Of a DNA stretch of 64,000 nt, positions 48,880-61,789 are shown piece after piece (the stretch's first letter is position 1; each line of letters begins with the position of its first letter). Position numbers and translations under genes: made by a program. Below the pieces are notes generated by a model that saw only the letters and a program-made list of their open reading frames with translations, had not been told where the DNA came from and did not search any database. The stretch is from Chiloscyllium plagiosum (Eukaryota), in assembly GCF_004010195.1 (NCBI RefSeq), contig NC_057750.1, positions 19,415,366 through 19,479,365 of the forward strand, in the 5' to 3' direction.

Positions 48880-50210
48880 CCTTCAGCCCATGATTTGGAG
48901 AATATGTGACAGAAGCATTCAAAGTCATGAAGGATTTGGACAGTGTAGATAGGGATAAACTGTTCCCATTGGAGAAAGGTTCAAGAACAAAAAGAGCACA
49001 AATTTAATTCAGTTGGCAAAATAAGAACTTCTTCACCCAGTGAGTGATTAGGGCCTGAAATACACTTCGAGAATGTGATGGTAGCAGGTTCAATCAATAC
49101 ATTCAAGAGAGAATTGGTCACATACCAAATAGCCTCCTCCTATGCTGTAACTCAGTTGTACAGCACAGAAACAGACCCTTTAGTCCCACAAGTCTATGTT
49201 GACCATAATCCCAAACTAAATTGGTCCCACCTGCCTGCGCTTGGCCCAAATCCTCCAAACATTTCTTATTCATGTACTTATCTAAATGTCTTTTAAACAT
49301 TGTAACTGGACCTGTATCCACCACTTCCTGTGGAAGTTCATTTCACACATGAAACCCTTTCTAGATAAAGAAAGATTGCCCTTGTGTCTTTCTTAAATGT
49401 CCTCCACTCAACTTAAAGATATGCCCCCTCGTCTTGAAGTCCCGCACTCTCGGGAACTGACACCTACCTCTCATCTTATCAATACTTCTCATGATTTTAA
49501 AAATCTTTATAACATCACTCTTCAACCTCCTACGCTCCAGTGAAAAAATGCTCAGCCTATCTGGCCTCTCCTTATGACGGAAACCCTCCATTCCCGGCAA
49601 CATCCTTTTAGGCTGAGTTCCAGACTCCTACCACCTTCTGAGTAAAAACAATTCTCATCATCTGCCCTTCTTCTTACCTTAAATTCACACTCCCTTGTTA
49701 TTCACCTCTTGCTAATGGAAAAAAAGTGTCTTCAAATCCATTCTATATATGTCCTTCACAACATTATATACATCTATCAGGTCGCCTGTCAACATTTGCT
49801 GCTCCAAAGAAAACAACTACAGCCTATCGCATCTTTCTTTATAGCACAGACCCTCCAGCCCAGGCAACATCCTGGTAAAACTCCTCTGCATCCTCTTTTG
49901 TACAGTTATTATGCTATAATGTGACCAGAGCTGCATGCAGATTTCTAGATGTGACCGAACAAGAGTTTCATGTAGTTATAACATATCCTTCTTACTCTTT
50001 TATTCTGTACCTTGCTAATAAAGGCAATTATCTATATGCTTGCTTTACCACTTATCCACCTGTCCTGTTAGATTCAGAGAACTGTAGGTCCCTCTGATCC
50101 TCAGTACGTTCAAGAATCCTACCATTCATATTGTGATGCTTGTCTTGTTAACCCTCCCCTAAGTGCATCACCTTACATGCTTATAGGTTGAATTCCGTTT
50201 GCCATTGTTC
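48880..50210. mobile_element. Cluster of nested CR1 3' fragments on both strands
   Basis: AGSINTFKREL on + strand; TMFKRHLDKYMN and IFSLERRRLKSDVIKIFKIM on - strand. Confidence 0.75.
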
Positions 50211-53200
50211 ACCAGCTCCCATTTCCTGTGAAAGAACCTTTAAAAAACAGGAGATTTGATTATTATAATACTGCTGCTATGGGATCTTGCTGTGCACAAT
50301 CTGGTTGCTGTTTTTCAACATGTCCATAGTGGCTGCATTTCAAAAATACTTCAATGTTTTTCAAGGAATATTGGACATCCTGAAGTCATAATGTGTGCTA
50401 CATAAATTCAATTATGTCTGTTGGTGTAGTATTGAAATTTATATTACCTACAAAGGACACATACTTCAGCAGCACTCCAGAATAGCTGGAAATCTGCTGT
50501 CCTGTCAGACATACCATACAATACCCCATAGCAAGGAATAGGTGCTTCATTGCTCCAAGAGTAACATGAGAGAGCACATGGTTTTGCCTCAGGAGGTACT
50601 AATACCATAAAGTTTAAAAATAACACAAGAGAGTCTTCTTGGAGCACAGGACAAATTGGACACAGATGTTCAAAACTCAGAGCTGTTTGAATATCCAGAT
50701 ATGGGAAATTGTTCCCACTGTTCCCTGTGCTTGTATCCTGTGGGAACAAATCCGAAATAGAATCAGCCTAAGTCTCCTGTTTGAATCTTTACCTTGCTCA
50801 GTCCTTCATCTCAGAATTCTCTTGTGGGAATGGAGCTCCCAGTGACCTCTGGAAATGAACTGGACACCACAAAAATTCAACTTTAAAGCCTAGGAATGTT
50901 TGTTCAGACTGTGGTTCCTGCTACTCTATTATAATTGAGCACTAATTTATTCGAAGTCCTGATGTGCAAGCATTTTCCAATCTGTTTTATGCTCTTGGGT
51001 GGCCTTGGCTGAACTCTGACCTTTGACCCCCTTCCCATAACATTTCTCTAAGGAGCATTCAGTAAATAGGAATTGATTTATTTCAAACTGGGGCTACTTG
51101 TCTTGTGTTTCTGTTCTTAGACATTGGAAATCTGATGTACAGAAAGCATGGAATACTAATCAAAAACAAACCCGGGGCTCAAATCAGACTGCAATGTTCT
51201 GAAGATTGCTGGTGGGGACTCCGGCTTGTACCAGAGCATAGGTTGGTACTGGCATCCCGGTAACAGATACTGGAGGTTGCAGGTGGTACAAGGGACCCTG
51301 GGTAGTCCCTGAAATAAGTCCACATTGCAAAGGCTTCAATTAATGCCCGATAGTATTCTCAAACATAGCAATTCTTTTGTCACATAAGTTACACACATCT
51401 GGTCGGACCTGGATGCGTCTGTCACCCTGACATCAAACAACCTCATCCGCACTCAGATTTCTGCTGTTTATCACCTCACCTGTTTATCTAATCTGCTTTT
51501 CCAAGCCAGTAGCCTCTTCTTAACTAGAGTGACCAAACAGTCTCATTTCCCTATATTCAGTAATAAATAATCAAGGGTATTTAAAGGTACAATCATGCTG
51601 AGCTTTAACAATATTAAGAGAAATGAGATGATGTCCGATTTTCATGGGATGGGAAATCAATGGCAGCAGCCACCATTTGTTTCCCTTTCATATTTGTCCT
51701 TGAATTTTACGAGGCATTTCAGAGGACAGTGGTCAGTCATATGTAGGCCAGACCAGGTATGGTTGGCAGATTTTCCTCCCCAAAGGACATGACTGAATCA
51801 GTTGAACTTAAAGGCAATTGATTAAAATTCACCATTACTGAAATAGATTTTTATTCCAGAGTTGTCTATTGAATTTAAGTTCCACTCTGCTAGAATTTGA
51901 ACTCATGTTCCAGAGCTTCAGTCTAGGCCTCTGGATAATGGTTTAACTGACACTATCAATACGCTGTTAAATTACATTTCCAGCACAGGGACAAGCTATA
52001 TGGCCCAACTGCGGATTTATATCCTCTACATTGACCTCTATGCTATTTACTTTAGCTTGCACCACCTGCACATAATTCTAGTTCTTCCTTCTTATCAATA
52101 TTTCTTGTAAAATCAGAATGCTAGTCAACATATTTCTTAAGATTGCATCATAAGATCTTCTGCCTCCAACTGCTAGCAAACATCATTTTTCTTCCCACCT
52201 CCACAATGTTCATAACAAATACAACAGGAACAATTAATATAGAAATTCCTATATGCTTGATTTTTCTGTTGGGTTTCTTCCAGCATTGTCCAGGAGATTT
52301 GGTTTTAAATCCAGGAGGTTGCAGGGCAATCCTAAATTGTTAGCAACCTTAGCTGAGATACATCTGTTATTCGACTCAAATTGCATGTACTCCATCAGTA
52401 GTCACTTGCTGGTTAAAGAAGTTTCTTCTGAATTCCTTACTGGATTTATTCATGACAAATAAGGTTTGGCCTCCAACTTTTGCACCTCATCTACCTTTAT
52501 CAAACAGTTTCCTAATCCTTAAGGGTTCTGTCAAAGAACAGTACAGCATTGGAACAAGCCCTTCAATCCACCAAGTCTGCACTGAAAAATAATGTCTTTC
52601 TAAACTAAAAATGGTTTGCCTCTACACAGACGATATGTCTCTATTCCCTGCCTTTTCATATATCTTTTGAGATGCCTCTTAAATGTTGCTATTGCATTTA
52701 GCTTCATCACCTCCTTTCTGGGCACTTTTCACCCTGCATGTAAAAAGAAAACTTGCATCTTACATCTCCTTTAAAATTTCCACCTTTTACCGTAAACCCA
52801 TGTTCCACTAATTGACATTTCTACTCTGAGAAAAAGATTCTGACTATCCATGTCTCACATGATTTTGTAACCATCTATCAGGTTGCCCCTCATCCTTTGA
52901 TGTTCAAATGAGAACAAACCAAGTTTGTCCAATGTCTCCTCATAGCTAATTCCCTTCAAACTAGGCAACATCCTGGTAAGCTGTTTCTATCCCGTCTCTG
53001 AAATAACTCCAGAAGAAGTCAGTATCCCGTCCCTAAATCACTGTTTATTTATACGTGGAAAATCCTCGCTCTGGTATAGTCTGTCAGAATCAACTCTCAG
53101 GGCATCAGGATAACTGACACTCCTGTTTTTAATCTATCAGTCAGGGCTCCTGATTGGACTAGATTGGTTGACTTGACTGACCTTGTTACAATCATTACAT

Positions 53201-54336
53201 CCCTTACCCTCCGAGTCCAAGGATATCAGTTGGTTCTATTCCCTATGGCTCCTCAGGAGGTGCTTTAGCACCTGATCAGGTTCCTCCGGTTCTGCTGTGA
53301 CTATAAGTGTGTCCAGAATATTTAAAACCATTATGGACTCTTCCACTGGTGATACACCGTGGTGTATCTGCCAGCAAGAGACAGCTCAATGCACCCACAT
53401 TCACTACTTGGCCTCCTGGACGATTTTCCAACTTGTAACTTTGTGCATTTAGTAATAGAGTCAATTGCTGAATTTGGCCTGATGCTGTGGGCAGCACTGC
53501 CTTGTTCGCTAAATAGATTTAACAGGGGTTTGTCGGGTATTTTTATTACAAATTTACATCCACAAAAGGTACTGGTGGAACTTTCTGATATCAAGTATGT
53601 TGACCAAACCTTCCTTCTTTCTCTGGATGTAGTTACAGTCTGCATTAGCCAAAGTCCTGCATGCATATGCTATTGAGGGTTCCTCTCGATTGAGCCATCA
53701 ATGAGCTAATATTACCCCGATCCCGTACGGGGAGGCATTGCAATGTCAACAGCAGAACTTGCTTGGGATCATAGTGTGCCGACACCTAAGGGGATGAAAG
53801 CAGTTTCTTCACTTACCTGAAAGCTATGGCTTGACTATGCAGCCATTTCCAAAGCTGACCCTTTCTTTTTAGGAATTGATGCAAAGTTGCCAGGATGGAG
53901 GCTGGGTTATATATGAACTTTCCATAATAATTCACCAGCTCAAGGAATGACTTAAGCTCTGATACAGTATGGGAGTTGGGACACATTTGATCACCCTCAC
54001 TTTATCTTCTAACGGGTGTAACCCGGTCTTGCCAACGCTGTAACTCAAGTAGGTCATTTGGGGTGACTGGAACACATTTTTCCCTTCTAAGGCATATGCC
54101 CACCTGGGAGAAATAACAAAGCACTTTATCGAAGTTCTCCAAGTGCTCCTTATTGGTCCACCCTGTTATTAGCACATCATCCAGATAAATGCCAAACTCG
54201 GGTAGACCTTGTAAAATTTTCTCCATCATCCGCTGAAATATTGCACAGGCTAACAATATCCCAAATGGCAACCTTGTACATTGGTTATAAATCCTTATGG
54301 GTATTAAATGTAGCATAATTCTGGGAATCCTCATTA

Positions 54337-54655
54337 GGGCGACATGGTGGCTCAGTGGTTAGCACTGCTGCCCCACAGCACCACATACCCGAGTTCGATT
54401 CCAGCTTCGGGCAACTATGTGGAGTTTGCACATTCTCCCTGTGTCTGTGTGGGTTTCCTCCAGGTGCTCAGGTTTCCTCCCACAATCCAAATGTTAAGTG
54501 AATTGGCCATGCTAAATTGCCCATAGTATTCAGGGATATGTAGATTAGGGGAAATGTAAAGTAATAAGGTAATGTGTCTGTGTGGGATACTCTTCAGAGG
54601 GTGGGTGTGGACTTGTTGGGCCTAATGGCCCAACTGTAAGGATTCTATGATACTA
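54337..54655 (+). mobile_element. HE1 / V-SINE nested in the Gypsy RT
   Basis: gggcgacatggtggctcagtggttagc head and V-domain; splits the RT coding sequence. Confidence 0.85.
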
Positions 54656-55626
54656 TAACACCAATGGCTCATATCCAGCTTAGTGAAGGACAATCCACCC
54701 GCCAGCTTTGTGTATAAATCCTCTTTGCGAGGGATTAGGTATTTATCCAGTTGTGAAAAGCATTTTACTATTTGTTTAAAACCATCACAAAGGTGAATCA
54801 ACATGCCGGGCCTCACAATCAGTATGACCATTGCTGCCCTTTCCGCAAATTGGATTTTGCTTTCCAGCATTTTGATTTTTGCCTCTACTTTTACCAGTAA
54901 GGCAAATGGCACTGCACAGGCCTTGCAGAATCATGTAAGTCCTTCCTGGTCAACATGCAATGTGGCCTTGGCTCCTTTACGAGTCCCTAGGCCTAGACCT
55001 TACTAAGAAATGCTTGAGTATTTAATGATCAAGCGGCCATTTTCTAATTAAAACATATTTTGCTGTGGGCTGACCTAGACTCCCTCTGTTTAGGATATGT
55101 CCTGAGTGAGACCATTCCAATGCCTTCTTTCAAGTGGTGCTCCCCAAGCTCAGTCAGACTGGCAAGGGTGTCCACTTCCATCAGAATTCCCTGTAACCCA
55201 TATGCTCCACTTGCTGCATTTTCTAATGATAAAGCCAGTTGTCGTGCCGGCTCGATGTCCAGTTTGACTTCAGCTAGTGGGCACTTTTGCATGGTTACCT
55301 TATTAATCCCATATACCAACTGGTGCCTCAGCATCTTATTAAGGATTAACCCAAAGTTACATGTCTCTGCTCATCATCCTAACCTAGTCAAAAGTCCTGA
55401 CTCGAATTCACCAGTTTTTGAATTGCCAAGACAAAACAAAAGCTGCTCAGAATTACAGGAGGCTTGCAGTCACAATATTCCTTGACTAAAATCCATCAAC
55501 ATTTGACAGCTGCCTCAGGGAAAAGCAGGCTCTGAAAAACTGAAAAAGCTGCAGGTCCACAGGCTGTCAGGCAAATTACTCATTGCTTTTCATCTGTCCC
55601 ACTGTAATTCTCCTGGGAAAAAAAAA

Positions 55627-56548
55627 TGTTATGAAGCGGAGGTTGACCCCCCTCTAATAATTATAACAGGAACACCCAAAGAGGAGCACCTCACCCCATA
55701 ATCTGTAAAAGGAGTGTGAAAAATGGTGTAACCTGCCTTTCAGCAACTTCCAGTGGTTAAATAAAATATTACCCTGACACTCACTTTAAAATCAACAAGT
55801 AACAATTTATTTCTCTAACTCTTATTTATCCAACAAATCAACTAAACTATTAACAAACAGAATAAATCCTCGCCACTAACTATTATCGAATGCAGCAAGA
55901 TTCTAAATGCATGCTGTTCCAGTAAAAATAAGTTTCACTTCTATAACAATAGAATTCAGTCTCCTGAAATTACAGCCAGATTACATCTTCTGGAACGTTC
56001 TGTGTCTTCTTTATCAGATCCTTCTGTCAGGAATGCCTTCTTCATAACTTGTTCTGTCTTTTCTTCTTCCCATCATTGGTAACACTGTAAATAGATGGTG
56101 CTTTCTCTAAGAGCTGAGAGGTGTTATCTCTAGCTGATAGCAGTTAGCTCTGCAAAATTTTCCAATTGCGCCCTTCTTTTATACCCTTGATAATATTTCT
56201 TTATTTTTACAATCAGATTGGCCCTAGGTTGTCAAAAACATCAGGTTTAAATTTGATAGGTTCTTTGGTATCTAAGGGCCTGGTTCAAATTGTTTGGCTA
56301 AATTCAAAAGCTTGTCTTCGTCTGCTAATTGTATGGCTTTGCGATACAAATGTTTCAATTCGGGTGCCCTCTGTACACCTGCAAACCTTCAAGGTGCTTT
56401 TCACATACATCCATTTTAAACTTCTAAGCATAAAAAAGTACAATCTTTTAAAGGGACCACACAATGCTTTCTCCCCTAGAATTTTACAAACACTAAATTC
56501 TAATGTCCTGCCTTCCAATCCACAATTACTTTACCCAACATCACAACA
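55627..56548 (-). mobile_element. Probable solo LTR (~920 bp) nested in the Gypsy gag
   Basis: Termini tgttatga / tcacaaca; non-coding; gag-like sequence continues on both sides. TSD is unclear. Confidence 0.55.
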
Positions 56549-58384
56549 ATAACACAATCTTTCCACACACTGGACCCAGTCTTTAACAGCAGGGTTGAAC
56601 AGGTCAAGCTTACCAAATAACAGCATGATGTAAGCAACACTTACCCCAGCTCAAACACACCTGTTGTGAATGCATTTGTTCAGGACGTGCTGTTCTTTCA
56701 TGGCCACTCAAGTAACCTCACAGAGGCCGGTATCCTGCAACAAAGTCACCCTTTATTGACATGTGAAAAATCCTTGAATCTGGTTCAGACTCATCAGAGT
56801 CAACTTCCAGAGTGTCAAGATGTCTGACAAACCTGTCAGTCAGGGCTCCCTGATTGGATCAGATTAAAAGCCTCAATCAGAGAACTCATATTCTATGAGG
56901 TCCACCTGACTCACCTCGTTACAATCACTGCACTCTCCAAAACCTGCACATCCTTCTGGTAGTATGGTAACAAGAAACATAGGCAATATTTCAAATGTGG
57001 CTGAACAAAAACTCTACACAGCTGCAACATGACTTGCTAATTTTTCTACTCTATGCCCCATTCAAAGAAGGTAAGCATGCCACACACCACCTTGACTACC
57101 TTAACCACTTACGTTGCCACTTTCAGGATGTTGTAGACCTGTATGTCCTCTGTGTGTTGATGCTACTGAGGGTTCTGCCACATACTGTGTATTTTCCTCC
57201 TGTATTTGATCCTCCAACATGCATCACCTCGCATTTGTCTGGACTAAACTCCATCTGCTATTTCTCTGCCCAAGTTTCCTGCCATTCACTATCCTGCTGT
57301 ATTCTGCATCAATTCTCCCCACTATCCACAGCTCCCCCAATTTTTGTATCATCTGCAAACTTACTAATCAGGCCAGCTACGTTATTTTCCAAATTACTTA
57401 TATATTACAAATAACAAAGGTCTTAGCACTGAGTCTTGCTGAACACCACTGGTCACAGATCTCCAGTCAGGCAAACGCCCTTCCACATCTACTCTCTGTC
57501 TTTTATGACTAAACCAGTTCTCAATCCATCTTGCCAATTCACTGCAGACCCCATGTGACTTCACCTTTTGAATCAGCCTGCCATAAGGGTCCTTGTCATA
57601 TGGACAACATTGACTGCCCTGCTCTCATCAAAATGACTTTGTTACTTGCTCAAAAATCATAATCAAGGTTGTGATTCATGTCCTGCCCCACACTACGCTA
57701 TGCTGCCTATCACTAATAGGTCCGTACTTTTCCAAATTTGAGCTGATTCCATTCCTAAGAATCTGGCCCAATACGTTCCCTACCACTGACATAAACATCA
57801 GTGGCCCGCAATTTCTGGATTATCCCAGTTCACCTTCTTAAACAAAAGAACAATGTCAGCTGTTCCCCAGTCAGCTGTGACTAAGGAGACTATAAAGATT
57901 TCATACAAGGCCCCACCAATTTCGTTATGCGTTCCTCAGCATTTTGGGAGATATCTCATCAGGCCCTGGGGACTTGTCGACTGTAATGCGTTTTAAAACA
58001 CCACTATACCTCCTTTTTTTACATTGCTATGCCTCCAAATATCAATGTTACCCCTCCCAAGACTCCCCACACACCATGTCCTTCTCCTTTCTGAATACTA
58101 ATGCAATTTATTCGTTATGAGTGGACCTAGCCTTTCCCTAGTTACCTTGTTGCTCTTTATATATGCAGAAAACACCTTGGGAATTTCCTTAATCCTGTTT
58201 GCCAAAGATATTTTATAGCCCCTTTTAGCTCTCCAACTTCCTTATTTGAGTTTGTTCCTGCTATCTTGTATTCTTCAAAGACTCTGTCTGTCTTCAGTTT
58301 CCGAAGCCAAATGCTTGCCTCCTTTTTCTTTTTGACTACCTCTTGATATCCAAGGTTCAATTCTTATCCTTCATTTTCACAGAT

Positions 58385-58712
58385 CATAGAATCAAAGAAC
58401 CTCTACAATGCGTAAAGAGGCCATTTGGCCTATTGATTCTGCACCAACCCTCTGAAGTGCATCCCAGCTGGACTCAGCCACTCAATCTATCCCCATAAAG
58501 CTGCATTTAGCATCGCTAATTCACCCAGCCTATACATCCCTGGATACTATTGACAATTTAGCATGGCCAGTCCACCTAATCTGCATATGCTCGGACTGTG
58601 GAAGAAAAACGGAGTATGCAGCGGACTCCACACATACAGTCACCCAAGGCTGGAATCAAACACAGGTTCCTGTACTGTGAGGTGATAGTGCTAGCCACTG
58701 AGCCACTGTGCC
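58385..58712 (-). mobile_element. HE1 / V-SINE, older
   Basis: Reversed head 'gtgctagccactgagccactgtgccc' and degenerate V-domain. Confidence 0.78.
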
Positions 58713-59060
58713 CCTCCCATCATGCTGGTCTCAAACTCTAATTAACTGGCCTTTAAAAGATACTCACATGCCAGATATAGATTTACAAACAGCCACCCCC
58801 AACCTACATTCCCCAATTCCTGGTTATTATTGTGGTAGTTAGTCTTCCCCCAATTTAATACTGTGTTGGACACACAATTCCCATGTCTTTTCATCCTTAA
58901 CTAAAATACAGTCTAGGTTGTAACTGTTGGTCAGCTCAATTCTGCTATTATTGAAGCTTTGTTTGACTTTATTACAAGTGGGTAATAGGACCAATTCAGC
59001 TTTCTGACTGAACAGCAGGGACTTTACTAATAACTTGTTCCTTCCCTCATTCTGTTGCAG

Positions 59061-59156
59061 TGAACACTTTGGGAATAAGTGATGACCTCAAAGAGAAACT
59101 GCAGGATGTGATGATTGACCGACACAAGTTGACACTGGGCAAGACACTGGGAGAAG
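59061..59156 (+). CDS. AXL: AXL exon, start of kinase domain
   Basis: cattctgttgcag| acceptor and AAG|gtaag donor; 96 nt, phase 1 to 1. Encodes (L)NTLGISDDLKEKLQDVMIDRHKLTLGKTLGE, versus AXL '[32 protein letters not shown]'. Confidence 0.96.
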
Positions 59157-60528
59157 GTAAGAAGTGTGGTTATGGGGGGGGGGCTGCTCGCGAAAGTTGG
59201 AAATGGTGCTGGCATATCCCCACGAGAATGAATGCGGCCAAGTGCTCTGATGAGTCAATTCATCTATTGGAACGATTGTGGAACAGTGACAGCTAAATTT
59301 GGGCTGCATTGCGACTGCATGAAAGTGTAAAAAAGTGAAAAAGTGCAAAAATTTTTAATAGCATATAAGGAGAAGGGCCAGGAGATCCTACATTCCTGCC
59401 CTCTGAGTGATGCCACTGTTTCAAATTAATTGTATTTGCCTGTAGTTGAGTTTATTTAAGAACATTAAGGAGGCGAAAATACCATCAGAAAGGGTCAGGA
59501 GAATTTGCTATCTTCCTACCTCAAGTTAATAAGAGATTTACTCTGTGCAATCATACTGTGAATTAATAATGCCAAACATTTTGACAGCACATTGATTGAG
59601 AACAATGGCTGCAGTGCAACAGGTGCTGGGAATGAGACTAAATCTCTTATTAATGCAACCCACTGTTCCTGATGGCAAGAACCTAACCTGATGCCAGATG
59701 TCAACATGGTTGCCAACTCTGGTGGTTTGCCATGTTTCTGGAGGCTTTATTACATTGTCTTCTTGCTCCAATTAGCTGATCCTATCAAACAGTATATTGT
59801 TTTACTCCTGAGTTGTAAGTGTGTTTAACCTCCAATTGAAAGCTTCTCATAAATACTCCCTAACCTCAAACAAGCTCCAATGAATTCTGATCTAGTGTCC
59901 TGCTGATAGAAACATATCCAATAGTTCCAGCATTTCTCCATTTTTGATTCTACCAATTCTGACTTCTTTCAGGAGTTACAGTATATACTTTGACAGTATT
60001 TAAGATTATTGTGAATGTCTAGTTGATGGTATAGGGGCTTTAGAATATAGGAAGATTGCAATTCAAACTTCTCGATGTCTACGCACTTCATATTGTGTAT
60101 GTTTTGCTTTAAGAAGTTAACGTTGGAAATGTAAAATAATTAAAATGCTGGATGTAGTGATCATTTAAAACAAATGTCAATTCAAAGGCTCTTTGTCTTT
60201 GTTTAATAGATTCAGAATAGAAGAGATGGGGATATAAAAACAACAGCTGGAGACATGGTGTCTGCAAAACTTGCGATCATGACAATCCAAAGAGAGGTAG
60301 AGCTAAAGTAGATTAAAAGCAATCAGTAAACCTAAAAATCAGTTTGCATGGGAATATCACTGCTCCCAAATTCCCATCCAAGCCACTCACCACCCAGACC
60401 TGGAAAGATATTGTCATCCCTTTATTGTTGCTGGGTCAAAATTCTGGAATTCTCTCCCTAATGGCCTCATGTGTTTACCAAAGCACATGGACTACAGCAC
60501 ATGGATTACATAGCTCCCCACCACCTTG

Positions 60529-60742
60529 GCTGAAAATGTGTTGCTGGAAAAGCGCAGCAGGTCAGGCAGCATCCAGGGAACAGAAGAATCGACGTTTCGG
60601 GCATAAGCCCTTCTTCAGGAACAACACAATTTATGCCCGAAACGTCGATTCTCCTGTTCCCTGGATGCTGCCTGACCTGCTGCGCTTTTCCAGCAACTCA
60701 TTTTCAGCTCTGATCGCCAGCATCTGCAGTCCTCACTCTCTC
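60529..60742 (+). mobile_element. Penelope-derived hairpin element, family A, young
   Basis: 78-nt near-perfect inverted arms (60529-60606 / 60631-60708); TSD ctccccaccaccttg (60514-60528) / ctccccaccagcttg (60743-60757). Confidence 0.85.
60587..60621 (-). ncRNA. Minimal type I hammerhead ribozyme motif (intact core, weak stem I)
   Basis: The - strand reads uuc-CUGAAGA-A-GGGC-uuau-GCCC-GAAA-CGUC-gauu: palindromic ACGU stem III and a GUC triplet. Confidence 0.62.
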
Positions 60743-60846
60743 CTCCCCACCAGCTTGTCAAGGGTACTTAGGGACTGGCCCAGCTAGTGATGCTTATATC
60801 TCATGAGTGAGTAAAAAAATGCTTAAAGATACCTCAGAGTAGACTA

Positions 60847-61788
60847 TGTCATCATGGAGATGTGCGGAGTGTAGGAAAACTCTCTGGATTCAGTTCATCT
60901 GTGTATTAGTTGAGAGAACATTTAGATGCAGTTTTGAAGTGAGAGACTGTGGAAACAAAGAGTTGACATCAGCAAGCACTTGTGTTTCTGTTGGTAGTCG
61001 TCAGACAGTTAGGATTCGTGGGTAATCCCAGAAAATGGTGGCTCTGTGCCATTTAAAAAGGTAACAGCTAAAACAAAGACCTAGAGGCCATGATAGCTCA
61101 CTACAGAAAAGACTGGGGTGAAGGACACCCACAACAATATTTGCTTGATGAAGCTGAGGAAGACTGGCAAATAGAGAAATTCAGTGGCAGCTCACTGAGT
61201 TTAATGAAACTTGAAATTGTGGTGACAATTCAACAACTGAGATCGGTCTCAAGAGAACTGGAAAATTTGACATCAGGAGCAGAGATTAGACGGCCAATAT
61301 ATGAGCAGGCATTGAGGAAGTCCAAATCAGAGATGTCTTGAGTCCTTTCCAAGGCTAAATCTATGAAGACATGGAATTGGAGTCCCTTGTGAAAGAGACA
61401 GAGACTTAAATGACATGTGGAGACTCACTGTTACTAAGATCTGGATGGGATCTGTCTTGCTTATGTCAATTAAAATGCAAACTTTAGTGTTTGCTCACAG
61501 TTTGCCTGTTAACTCAAATTTACCTCACATTAATCATGAATGTTAGAGTATATGGTTCAGTACAATTATCTTAACCTATTCAGTCTAATCATTATTGCAT
61601 ACATTTATTTTGTTCTAATTCTGTCATAAAGACTTTTCTGACTGTTCAATCCAAATCTGGAACCCTGGCACTTATTTGCTTATCATTGTTTCTTCCACTC
61701 ATTTAGTCTTTAAAACATTATATTTTATTAAACCAGATCTCAACAAAGATCTATCTTATCCAGTATTTACACACCAGGCATCATAGTA
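60847..61788 (+). mobile_element. Possible old solo LTR
   Basis: Starts tgtcatcatg and ends ...gcatcatagta, with an AT-rich 3' part; termini are degenerate and no TSD is visible. Confidence 0.3.
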
Positions 61789-61789
61789 G

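Larger units (their letters stand above)
52999..56932 (-). mobile_element. Decayed Ty3/Gypsy LTR retrotransposon with paired LTRs (52999-53199, 56711-56932)
   Basis: LTRs share 'tcagtcagggctcc.tgattgga' and 'gttacaatca.t.ca'; PPT-like purine tract beside the left LTR. Gag-like LRHQLVYGIN..QLALSLE, RT RLPFG...YLDDVLITG, RNase H KFVI..DKPLL; possible TSD gtctc/ctctc. Confidence 0.87.
52530..58380 (-). mobile_element. CR1 LINE (52530-52998 and 56933-58380) interrupted by a Gypsy element
   Basis: CR1 sequence 'ggcaacatcctggtaa...ccc' resumes as 'ctctccaaaacctgcacatccttc' after the second LTR; reversed FADD 'tatcatctgcaaac' at ~57350. Confidence 0.8.

Noticed and set aside
53331..55334. Domesticated or intact Gypsy gag-pol
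   Set aside because: Multiple frameshifts, stops, deletions and nested insertions.
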